Shown in pieces: positions 24,369 through 32,589 of a stretch of 53,907 bases of DNA (its first letter is position 1; each line of letters opens with the position of its first letter). This DNA comes from a virus. Its lineage: Duplodnaviria; Caudoviricetes. The notes under the pieces are model-generated. The model worked only from the letters and a program-made list of their open reading frames with translations. It was not told the DNA's origin and did not search any database. The translations under genes were made by a program, and so were the position numbers. Location of the stretch: positions 1 to 53,907 of the IMG/VR virus record IMGVR_UViG_3300046713_000242; one strand, given 5' to 3'.

Positions 24369-24922
24369 GAGACGACGTTGCCAGTGCCGTCGGTCAGGAA
24401 CGTTTTCCCCTTCGAGCGCGGGTCGTCCATGTGCGGCAGGAAGGGGTTGACCGGGTCCTGACTTACCAGCGTATTGCCCTCGCCGATAAAGAACGCGGTG
24501 TTTCCGCCCTTGCGGCGCGGCAATTTGGCCTCGCTGCGATAGCCCACCACGGCTTGGCCTTCGTGGTCGGCCTCCACCGAGATCGTGAGGGTGAGCACGC
24601 CTGACGACTCGCCCTTGATGAGCTTCGCGCGCTTCTTCAGCTCGCCCACCATGTTTTGAAACTGCGCGCTGACCACGTCCATCGCGCCGCCGCGATCGAG
24701 CTTGGACAGCATCGTTAGGAAGGCGCGCCAGTCGCCTCCCTCAATGACCGGCGCCGGAAGCGCGTTGCCCGCCACGCTCAGCGTCTCATCTTCGCCGTCG
24801 TCGTCGTCACCTGGGCCGTCGTCGGTGATCACGCCATCGGCGTCAGCCTCAGGCGGCACCGCCCGCATGTGGCCTTTGCCGTTGCTGGTCTTCCCGTTCG
24901 TTGCCTTTTTCTTTGCGGCCAT
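24365..24922 (-). CDS. Hypothetical phage protein
   Basis: GAGGT SD; G.LTLTI.V....KLP....FF.....L...DP motif common in phages. Confidence 0.7.
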   Translation of the reverse strand: MAAKKKATNGKTSNGKGHMRAVPPEADADGVITDDGPGDDDDGEDETLSVAGNALPAPVIEGGDWRAFLTMLSKLDRGGAMDVVSAQFQNMVGELKKRAKLIKGESSGVLTLTISVEADHEGQAVVGYRSEAKLPRRKGGNTAFFIGEGNTLVSQDPVNPFLPHMDDPRSKGKTFLTDGTGNVVS

Positions 24923-24926
24923 GGTG

Positions 24927-25709
24927 TTACCTCGCGTTTGACAGTGGGGTGATGGTGTCGAGGCGCGCGCGCGCCCTTTGGTACGTCTCGGGGTCTCTCT
25001 CGGCACCGACCGCAACGCGGCCGGTGAGCATCGCTGCGACAAGGGTGGTGCCCCAGCCTGCGCATGGGTCGCACACTACATCGCCGCGGCGGCTGTAGTC
25101 GCGCACCAGCGTCCGCATGATCCAGGCCTCTTTGCCCCCGATCATCTTCTCGCGTGGCTGGCCCTCAGGCAGCACGTAGCCGCCAGAGAGCGCGCCCCAT
25201 TTGAAGAACTCCGCGCCGGTCGGCCTCGATGCCATCACGAAGCCGGCCACCATGTGCGTACCCCACTGGGCCGGTCCGTCGCCCGTCATGCGCACGCGGC
25301 CGCCTGGCACCATGTACGAGAGTGGGGAGAAGCCGTAGCGGCCCACAGCCGCATAGGCCGCCTCGTAGGCTGGGATCAGCTCGTGGTCGCAGAAGCACAC
25401 CATCCAACCCCGAGTGCGCGGGTGCCAAAACTTGACGAACTTGTGCACGTCCTTGGGCGTCCAGGACGTGTAATCGATTGTCTGCCGGCGGTTCTTGCCC
25501 ACGGGGCGCATGTTGCCCGTCGTCTTGTCGAGGCGCAGGCGCTTATCGATCGTCGATTCGGTCGCGTAGCTGAGCTTGCTGCCGTTGTCGTGGCCGTCGT
25601 GGGTGCGCGCGCTGTAGGGCGGGTCGGCCAGGAGCAAATCACACGTCACGTCTTTGAGAACGTCGGCATAGTCGCCCTGGCGGAGGTCGAGGAAGCGCTC
25701 AGACTGCAT
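24927..25709 (-). CDS. Beta-class amino (N6A/N4C) DNA methyltransferase
   Basis: DPPY near the N-terminus; VVCDPCAGWGTT SAM-binding motif near the C-terminus. Confidence 0.9.
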   Translation of the reverse strand: MQSERFLDLRQGDYADVLKDVTCDLLLADPPYSARTHDGHDNGSKLSYATESTIDKRLRLDKTTGNMRPVGKNRRQTIDYTSWTPKDVHKFVKFWHPRTRGWMVCFCDHELIPAYEAAYAAVGRYGFSPLSYMVPGGRVRMTGDGPAQWGTHMVAGFVMASRPTGAEFFKWGALSGGYVLPEGQPREKMIGGKEAWIMRTLVRDYSRRGDVVCDPCAGWGTTLVAAMLTGRVAVGAERDPETYQRARARLDTITPLSNAR

Positions 25710-25980
25710 TTGCGTCGGCCGCCCCGCTCGGGTCCATCATGAGATCCATCAGGCGCCGTTCCTCGCGCTTGCTGCCCCCTGCGAGCGCGCGCGCCACGAT
25801 GACCGCCACGTCGCCACGCACAGGCAGGCTACGGTAGATCTTGCGCAGCGTGGGCGCGCTGACGTCGGTCTTCGCGGCAAGCCGCTTCAGCGCCTTGTCA
25901 CCGTGCTTGTCGAACCACGGTTTCAGAAACTCAGGGGGGTCTCCCTGAAGCTCCCGCCCCCGTCCGCGTGATATTGGCAT
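25699..25980 (-). CDS. Cro-like HTH regulator
   Basis: LKRLAAKTDVSAPTLRKIY; first gene of the leftward early operon; TGG-TAAACC-N7-ATG. Confidence 0.65.
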   Translation of the reverse strand: MPISRGRGRELQGDPPEFLKPWFDKHGDKALKRLAAKTDVSAPTLRKIYRSLPVRGDVAVIVARALAGGSKREERRLMDLMMDPSGAADANAV

Positions 25981-25987
25981 GGCGGCC

Positions 25988-26042
25988 GGTTTACCACGGA
26001 TTTGCGAAAAGCTATTGCGCAAAATCGCGAGCCCTGTACCTT
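25988..26042. promoter_or_regulatory. Divergent early promoter/operator region
   Basis: Plus: TTGCGC-N16-TACCTT-N8-ATG; the reverse complement closely matches 10274-10301. Confidence 0.65.
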
Positions 26043-26050
26043 GCGGGTCC

Positions 26051-27004
26051 ATGCCCGACGCTCCCGCTTACCCCGCCGATCAGCCACAACCCACGCCCGC
26101 GCCACGCCAACCAGGCCCCGAACGCGAGTCGTTCCCGGAATGGCTCAAGGAAGAGATCGCCCAGGGCAGTGACCCGAAGATGCGCCTCGCGCTGCGCCAG
26201 GCGTTGATCCGCGCCATCAAGGCCAGCGTCGGCGTGCAAAAGCAAGGCAGCCGCAACGAAGACCAAAACTACTCGTACCTGGGCCACGCGCAGGCGCTCG
26301 ACGCCGTGCGCGCTGCGATGGCGAACGAGGGCCTCAACATCGAGCAAGTTCTGCTCGAGCCGACCGGAACCGTGATGGTCAACAAGGGCGCTTACGCGCG
26401 CTTTACGTGGCGCGCGATCTACCTGGTGACCCACACCGACGGCGGCATTCTTCCGCGCATCATTCGCGCGTGGACGGGCGACAACGACAAGTCCCCTTAC
26501 GTCGCGAGCACCATGGCCGATCGCGTGATGCTGCTGCGTTTGATGCGTATGGGCGGCAGCAAAGAAGACGACGACAACAACCCCCAAGAAGCGCAGCAGC
26601 AGCAGGCGCGCCCCGCGCAACGTCAGCAGCGGACACCCGCGCCGCGCGCCGCGCCGCAGATCTCGCCCGAGCAAATGAAGGCCGCCCAGGACATGCTCAC
26701 CGAGCTGCTCGAGAATCTGAAGCTGTGCAAAACCAGTGACGCCTTCGTCACCTGGGCACGCATCTATCAGCACGATTACGGGCTTCCCCAGAACATCCAA
26801 AAGCAAGGGTGGACCGAATGGGGGAAGGCCGTGCAGGCGCTCAACTACGCACCCGCCGAGCTCGCCGAACAGGCGCGGCGCGCCGGCAAGGTCAACGACG
26901 GCCCTGCCGATGGGGAGGTGACGTCAGATAGCGAGCCCCCTTTAGCCCCGGCGGGTACGCCCGCGAGCTCACCGCCCAAGGAACCCAGCGAGCAAGCCCG
27001 CTAG
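26051..27004 (+). CDS. ERF-superfamily ssDNA-annealing protein
   Basis: VQKQGSRNEDQNYSY...GDNDKSPYVASTMADR..L motif. Confidence 0.75.
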   Translation: MPDAPAYPADQPQPTPAPRQPGPERESFPEWLKEEIAQGSDPKMRLALRQALIRAIKASVGVQKQGSRNEDQNYSYLGHAQALDAVRAAMANEGLNIEQVLLEPTGTVMVNKGAYARFTWRAIYLVTHTDGGILPRIIRAWTGDNDKSPYVASTMADRVMLLRLMRMGGSKEDDDNNPQEAQQQQARPAQRQQRTPAPRAAPQISPEQMKAAQDMLTELLENLKLCKTSDAFVTWARIYQHDYGLPQNIQKQGWTEWGKAVQALNYAPAELAEQARRAGKVNDGPADGEVTSDSEPPLAPAGTPASSPPKEPSEQAR

Positions 27005-27058
27005 CATTCGCAGCCAGTCTTCTACGACCCATCGACCAGCACTAGGAGCCAACAGAAC

Positions 27059-27415
27059 ATGAGCACACTTCGCCGCGGATTCACCCTTGCGCACGACACC
27101 CTGACGCTTGCCTTCGTGCCTCGGGACGGCGCGCTCTGCGTGCAAGCGACTTTCGAAGACCCGAGCGATCCGAAACGGATCATTCGCGCGGTGCTCGACA
27201 TGAGCACCGACGATCTCGCGAGCTTCTTGACCGACCTGCGCCGCGCGCAGAAAGAGATCAGCAGCGACGTGGAAGAGGTAGACGCCGAGCCGCTCGCTCC
27301 CACGTTGCCGGGCCTCGGGGAAGAGGACAGCGGCACGCCTGAGCAGGTGGCGCAGGCCGTCGGTGACGTGAAGGTCGCCGCGGAGCGCGCGAAGACACGC
27401 GGAGCGCGCGCGTGA
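27059..27415 (+). CDS. Hypothetical protein
   Basis: AGGAG SD; GTGA coupling. Confidence 0.6.
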   Translation: MSTLRRGFTLAHDTLTLAFVPRDGALCVQATFEDPSDPKRIIRAVLDMSTDDLASFLTDLRRAQKEISSDVEEVDAEPLAPTLPGLGEEDSGTPEQVAQAVGDVKVAAERAKTRGARA

Positions 27416-28311
27416 TCATCCCCGAAGCAAAGCTCGATATCGACACCTACCAGGCCGCCGAATGGCTCAACCACAGCAAGCTGCAGACGTTTGCGCGTGG
27501 CGGGCCGAGGCTCTTCTACCTGGCACACCAGCAGCGCAGCTTCCCTTCGCGCCCCGATACGGCGGCGCTCATCTTCGGCAAACAGTTCGAGGATCTCGCC
27601 TTTCGCCCTGACGTGTTCGGTCGCCGTTGCGTCGTGAAGCCCGAGGGGAAGCAGGCGGACGGGCGCACCGTCGAGGGCAAGGCCTGGAACGCCGCGCACG
27701 CGCACATGCGGGAGGAAGACATCCTGCACCCGAAGACACTCTCGCATATGCAGGAGATGGCCGCGGCGCTGAAGGAGAACACGACCGCGATGGACCTGAT
27801 CGCCGCGTGCGAGGCGCAGACCACCTACTCCGCGCCCTGGTCGACGCATGGGCTCGGGGACCTCGAGGTCGCATCACGGCTCGACTTCTCTTGCCGTGCT
27901 GGCTGCGCGGAAAGCGGCTTTGTTCCGTTCCAACTCGACCTGAAGACCACAGACAAGCTCGAAAAGTTCCGCTCGGGCCAGGCGGTGCTCGACTACGGCT
28001 ACCACTCGCAAGGCGGCCTCGGGCAGTACTGCATGCAGCAGAACCTTTCGCAGGCGGCTGTACCGCGGCACTTCCTGGTGGTGGTGGAGAAGCCGCTGCC
28101 ACACCGCTGCGAGATCTTCGAGGTCAGCGGCATTGCGCTCGATATCGGCTTTCGCTGGTGCGCCGAGCAGATCGAGCGGATCGCGTTTCACAAGCGCTCA
28201 GGCGAATGGCCGCGCGTCAGTCTCGAGATCCAGGAGATCGGCATCCCAGGCTGGGCAGAGCACGACGCCATGGCTCGAGCGCGCGCGGAAGAAGACGACG
28301 ACGAGGAGTAG
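27412..28311 (+). CDS. RecE/exonuclease VIII-like PD-(D/E)XK nuclease (DUF3799-like)
   Basis: LNHSKL, ALIFG, SRLD...DLKTT, YGYHSQ..L, VVVEK..PH. Confidence 0.85.
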   Translation: MIIPEAKLDIDTYQAAEWLNHSKLQTFARGGPRLFYLAHQQRSFPSRPDTAALIFGKQFEDLAFRPDVFGRRCVVKPEGKQADGRTVEGKAWNAAHAHMREEDILHPKTLSHMQEMAAALKENTTAMDLIAACEAQTTYSAPWSTHGLGDLEVASRLDFSCRAGCAESGFVPFQLDLKTTDKLEKFRSGQAVLDYGYHSQGGLGQYCMQQNLSQAAVPRHFLVVVEKPLPHRCEIFEVSGIALDIGFRWCAEQIERIAFHKRSGEWPRVSLEIQEIGIPGWAEHDAMARARAEEDDDEE

Positions 28312-28316
28312 CCGCT

Positions 28317-28607
28317 ATGCCCGTGATCAATCACACCCTGGTCTACACATTCACGTGCAGCCTTTGCCCTGCGACCGGCAGCAGAAGCGGCACGATGGGC
28401 GACATAGGCCAGAGCCCGCGCCTGCCAGAAGGGTGGACATGGGCCGTAAGGCCACGGCCATTCCTTCCAGACTCGCACAAGTCTGCTGTGCAGCTGGGCA
28501 GCGGATCGGGCGAATCAAGCGAGCCGCTGATCTACCTTTGCCGCACGTGCACCAAGCGCGTCGAAGACGCGACGACACCGCATCCCGACAAGCGCAAGGG
28601 CCTCTGA
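28317..28607 (+). CDS. Zn-binding protein
   Basis: CSLC...LPEGWTW...CRTC. Confidence 0.65.
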   Translation: MPVINHTLVYTFTCSLCPATGSRSGTMGDIGQSPRLPEGWTWAVRPRPFLPDSHKSAVQLGSGSGESSEPLIYLCRTCTKRVEDATTPHPDKRKGL

Positions 28608-28608
28608 A

Positions 28609-28968
28609 ATGGGCGCGCCAGCCGGTGCCGTGGACGTCGCTATCAATCAGCTGCTCGCGTGGTGGCGGCTAGACGACAAGAGAGAGACCTTCGCAGAGCA
28701 CCTACGCCGCATCGTGACGCGCGATCTTGAAGCAGAGGGGCGCGTCTATCTCTATATCGACTATGACCCGAACGCACCGCTTTTAGAGGCGCTGGGCGCC
28801 GCCGGCGTCGAGCCGCAACGGTGCATGTACTCAGCAGATCCGCCATTCAGCTGCCACAAATCCGGTGTGTGGATCTTGTGCCGCGGAGCGATCAACGGTG
28901 TGCGCGTCAAGCACGGCTACGGCGATGACTGGTCGCTGGTCTGGGGCGTCTGGCCAGTCGAGCCATGA
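28609..28968 (+). CDS. Hypothetical protein
   Basis: Coupled ORF, IDYDP motif. Confidence 0.65.
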   Translation: MGAPAGAVDVAINQLLAWWRLDDKRETFAEHLRRIVTRDLEAEGRVYLYIDYDPNAPLLEALGAAGVEPQRCMYSADPPFSCHKSGVWILCRGAINGVRVKHGYGDDWSLVWGVWPVEP

Positions 28969-29210
28969 GCGGGCGCGCGCCAGCCGGTGCCGTGGTCGGT
29001 ATTTACGTCGACCTGATCGCGCACGTGGCGGTCGGCGACGTGATCCGCACGGGCTCAGGGCGGCGCTACGGCATCGTCAGCGTGCGCGTGCAAGAGCGCG
29101 GCATGCACGCGGGGCGACAGCACCTGCGCTGCCTCGTACTCGGCCCTGACGACGATACCGGCGCGAGCCAGGTCCATCAGATCTACTGGTACCCGCGGGG
29201 GAAGCGCTAA
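28965..29210 (+). CDS. Hypothetical protein
   Basis: ATGA coupling; converges on the holin. Confidence 0.6.
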   Translation: MSGRAPAGAVVGIYVDLIAHVAVGDVIRTGSGRRYGIVSVRVQERGMHAGRQHLRCLVLGPDDDTGASQVHQIYWYPRGKR

Positions 29211-29590
29211 CCTGCCGGCGGGCGCAAGCTGGCGCGGTTCACTCGCTCTACTTCGGCGTCGAGCTTCGTACGCACAACGTCGTCGCTCCACTGCGCCATG
29301 CCGTTCGGCGCGTTGCGGCGCGCGAGCTCGAGTGCGCGCTGCTGCTTGTCTTCGCTCTTCACCCGGGCGCCCTCGGCAATCAGCCGGCGCGAGTCGGCAT
29401 CGATGGCGGCCACCGCATCGCGAATCGCTTGCTCGCCGGCCGCCACGTGCTGGTCATCGATCTTCAGTCCCAGGTTTTCGCGCAGGTATTTGACGCCTGC
29501 TCGGTAGGCGAGGATCAGCACGCTCACGACGATCAACCCGATCAACGTGACTAGCTGCTGTTGCACTGCGGGCGTCAGGATCTCGGCCAT
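29207..29590 (-). CDS. Holin-like protein (LL-H-type architecture)
   Basis: One N-terminal TM followed by AVAAID...KSEDKQQRALE...LDAEV. Confidence 0.65.
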   Translation of the reverse strand: MAEILTPAVQQQLVTLIGLIVVSVLILAYRAGVKYLRENLGLKIDDQHVAAGEQAIRDAVAAIDADSRRLIAEGARVKSEDKQQRALELARRNAPNGMAQWSDDVVRTKLDAEVERVNRASLRPPAG

Positions 29591-30053
29591 GTGTCCCCCG
29601 TTGGCTACTGTTTGTAGCCTCGATCTGCCCCCGCAGTTCCATGTTTTCGTCGCGCGCCGCCCCAAGCAGCGCCCTCAGAGATTCGACCTCGCGCGTCAGC
29701 TTCCGCAACGCATCTTGCGCCTCGGCCGTTTCCTCGAAGCGCTCTTCGGCCAGCCAGGTTGCCTTGTGCCGCTCGAGCTCGGCCGCCACCAGCTTCGCCC
29801 CGAGCTCATCACGCTGCGCCTCAAGCTGGGCGATGCGCTGCGCCATTTGCCCCGAGTAGTCCAGGGGCGTGAGCGCTGGTCGCGGAAGGCGCGCGCCGGC
29901 AGGCGGCATGCTCGAACTGGGCGGCGTGTCCTTGTAGATCTTCGCCAGCCGCTTTGCGTTCCACGAGACCAGCAGCTTGACCGCAAGCCCGAGCCCGGCC
30001 GAGATCGCGCCCACGAAGAGCCCGCCCGCGGTTTCGGGGCTGACGTCGGGCAC
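29454..30053 (-). CDS. TM + coiled-coil protein in the lysis cassette
   Basis: GLFVGAISAGLGLAVKLLVSW, then a long heptad region. Confidence 0.6.
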   Translation of the reverse strand: MPDVSPETAGGLFVGAISAGLGLAVKLLVSWNAKRLAKIYKDTPPSSSMPPAGARLPRPALTPLDYSGQMAQRIAQLEAQRDELGAKLVAAELERHKATWLAEERFEETAEAQDALRKLTREVESLRALLGAARDENMELRGQIEATNSSQRGTHGRDPDARSATAASHVDRVDRRERADPRLPSRRQIPARKPGTEDR

Positions 30054-30761
30054 CTATGCGAACGCTTGAAGCTCGGCCTGGATCTCTGCCGGCGACATGA
30101 ACGGGAAGCGATAGCGCAGGGTGCCCTTGGGATCGCGCAGCGCGCGCGACCAGCGCCTGAAGAAGGGGCTCTTTCCTGGATCCGGGTCGACGTACCACTC
30201 ACCGCCTTTCCCGCCCAGGCCGGGCAGGAAGCGGCGCACGTTGGGGTTCTCGGTGCAGTGCCCGCGCGTCGTGTGCCCCATGACCGAGACTCGCAAGCCG
30301 TGCTGCTCGCATGCGTCGCGCAGCGCGTCAGCGAAGCCGCCATCCCCGCCAGGCCCTGGCAAGCGCTCGTCCTTGGTGTCTTCGTCTTCGTCGCGCCCCG
30401 TGTCGCAGGCGTAGAGCAGCACCCAGCCGTCAGGCTTCATGTGCAGGGCCAAGAGCTCGGCCAGCTCGCCGACGTTGCCGAGCAGGTATCCCGCCTGCAC
30501 TCCGCGCCGAAATCCGTGGCAGAACATCGCTAGCGTGTCGATCGGCATGCGCAGCGCGCGCAGCGCAGCGTTGCACGTTGCCCGCCGCCCTGCGTAGTCG
30601 AGCCGCGGATCGAAGTACTTCACGACCGCCGCGGGGTCGTAGCCGTAGAAGCTCGCGAACGCGCGCGCCTCGGGGATGAAGGCGCCCGTCGCGTCAGACG
30701 TGCCAGGCGTGTTCGCACCCGGTGCCAGGCATAGGATCCCGTGCTGTAGCGCTCCGACCAT
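30054..30761 (-). CDS. Clan CD (caspase/C80/DUF4347-like) cysteine peptidase in the endolysin position
   Basis: TLAMFCHG and VLLYACDTG His-Cys dyad motifs; GFADAL...V.V.G; TAGGCT-N7-ATG. Confidence 0.7.
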   Translation of the reverse strand: MVGALQHGILCLAPGANTPGTSDATGAFIPEARAFASFYGYDPAAVVKYFDPRLDYAGRRATCNAALRALRMPIDTLAMFCHGFRRGVQAGYLLGNVGELAELLALHMKPDGWVLLYACDTGRDEDEDTKDERLPGPGGDGGFADALRDACEQHGLRVSVMGHTTRGHCTENPNVRRFLPGLGGKGGEWYVDPDPGKSPFFRRWSRALRDPKGTLRYRFPFMSPAEIQAELQAFA

Positions 30762-30774
30762 GGGAGCGAGCCTA

Positions 30775-32586
30775 CTACATGGCGTAGGAGATCGTCTTGA
30801 AGGCCAGCTGGGGCGTGTTGACGATGGCCAGGGCGTTCCAAGACAGCGCGCCGCCTGATTGCTGCGCTGCGATATCCACCACGTTCGCTTGGCTGAACGT
30901 CACGCCGGTTGGAAACTCGACCGTCGCTAGCGATTGCCCTGCGCCGATGATCTCGTAAGCCGCGATCCCCACGTCGGGCGTCTCGAGCCGCACCGCGACC
31001 TGCGACAGCGGCGCGTCGGCGCCCTCGTTCGAAACCGACGACTTGATCGCGATGTGCTGCCCGGCGGTCATGCGCTTGATCAGGCTGAGGCTCAGGTGCA
31101 CACCCTCGGTCGTCGCCGCCGTAAAGCGCGTGCCGGCGGCCGTCGATTCCTTCACACCGTTGACCCACGCTTCGAAGCCCACGAGCGACGGGTTAGTAAC
31201 GTCTGTCACGGTGAAAAAGCCATAGGCGTCGATCCGATAGACGCCGTCATTCGGGACCACGATCTCCTTGGTGGAGAGCGTGTAGCCCCCTTCTTGCTCG
31301 ACCAGCGTCAGGTCGAAGTCAGCGCCCGCGGCAACTGCCGCCCCGCCGATCGTGTAGCGCCCATAGACGTCGGCCGGATTGTCGACGTCCTGCATTTGCG
31401 CGTGGATGGTCAGTAGCCGCGCATTGACCGGCGCCTGGTCGTAGATCGTCGTGCCGCCCAAGGTCATCAGCGGCGCCGTCGGCGCGGGCGTGATGAAGCG
31501 ATCGCTCCCAAACACGGTCACGCGATCGTGCGTGCACATCGCGCCCTGAAAGGCCGTGTTCACGTTGTTGCGCTTGATGGCGCCGAAGCACACCGCGCCG
31601 CCTGCTGCGATCGTGTAGTTGTTGAAGGGCGCCGGCAGGTTGAGCGTGTTGCTGTTCAAGCGCCCCGTCGGGACGACCTTCGACACCACCACCAAGCCCT
31701 GCTGGTTGAGCTGCTGCGCGACGCGCGGCGCAATGCGCGCGCTGCCCGCGAAAGGCCACGCGCAGAGGTAGAGGTAATACCAGCCGTTCGCAGCGGCGGC
31801 GCTCGCGGTCGGGTCGAGGAAGCGCGCGTTGAGCGGGTCGACCGTGCCCTGCGCCCACAGCGTGTTGCCGTTGGGGCCCACCACCTTCGTATCGACGTTC
31901 ACCGTGGTCGCCGCGGTGCTGAAAACGTCCGTGCTCCACAGGTTTCGCAGGAACGTCCCGCGCGCATCGTCGTTGCGGAAAGCTGACGCGAACGGACGCA
32001 GGTCCACGATCTGCGAGGCAGATACCGCGCCGCCGCCGGCAGGGCGGAACACGGCACAGATCACCAAGCGGCTCGCATTGATCGGGATGTTCGTTGCCGA
32101 GCCTGCCAACACCGCGAAGGTCATCCCCTGCCGAATGCGCTTCACGACGTTCGTGGGGTCCCACTGCGTGTTGGGCGGATCCCAGATATCGCGCGAAACG
32201 GGTGCGTCGCTTGCCTCGACCACCGTGGCCACCACCACGTACCAGGTATCAGACACGGGCGCCGGCATGGTGACGGTCTGCGCGGTCGCCAGGCGCGCGA
32301 GCATGCGCTGGGTGGTCGGGCGGTCGGTCTGCGCGCCCGAGTCCGGGATCACGCAGATCCCAGGTGCGATCGAGATGTTCGACGCGTTCGGCGTCGCCTG
32401 AAGCCCCGTCAGCACCACCGGGTCGAGCACGTCAGCTGGGATGGAAGACGTGGCGCTCGTGCGCGTGGCGACCGCCGCGGCCGCGGCATCGTCAGCCCAT
32501 GCGCCTGCAATGTCTTGCAGCACATTCAGATCGTCTGATCTGTACCGTTCGTTGAGATAGAAAGGGACCTTGTCCAACGTCGTCAT
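30775..32586 (-). CDS. Tail fibre/baseplate-distal protein
   Basis: Position after the baseplate genes; beta-rich; paralog of 32590..34002. Confidence 0.65.
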   Translation of the reverse strand: MTTLDKVPFYLNERYRSDDLNVLQDIAGAWADDAAAAAVATRTSATSSIPADVLDPVVLTGLQATPNASNISIAPGICVIPDSGAQTDRPTTQRMLARLATAQTVTMPAPVSDTWYVVVATVVEASDAPVSRDIWDPPNTQWDPTNVVKRIRQGMTFAVLAGSATNIPINASRLVICAVFRPAGGGAVSASQIVDLRPFASAFRNDDARGTFLRNLWSTDVFSTAATTVNVDTKVVGPNGNTLWAQGTVDPLNARFLDPTASAAAANGWYYLYLCAWPFAGSARIAPRVAQQLNQQGLVVVSKVVPTGRLNSNTLNLPAPFNNYTIAAGGAVCFGAIKRNNVNTAFQGAMCTHDRVTVFGSDRFITPAPTAPLMTLGGTTIYDQAPVNARLLTIHAQMQDVDNPADVYGRYTIGGAAVAAGADFDLTLVEQEGGYTLSTKEIVVPNDGVYRIDAYGFFTVTDVTNPSLVGFEAWVNGVKESTAAGTRFTAATTEGVHLSLSLIKRMTAGQHIAIKSSVSNEGADAPLSQVAVRLETPDVGIAAYEIIGAGQSLATVEFPTGVTFSQANVVDIAAQQSGGALSWNALAIVNTPQLAFKTISYAM

Positions 32587-32589
32587 GGC

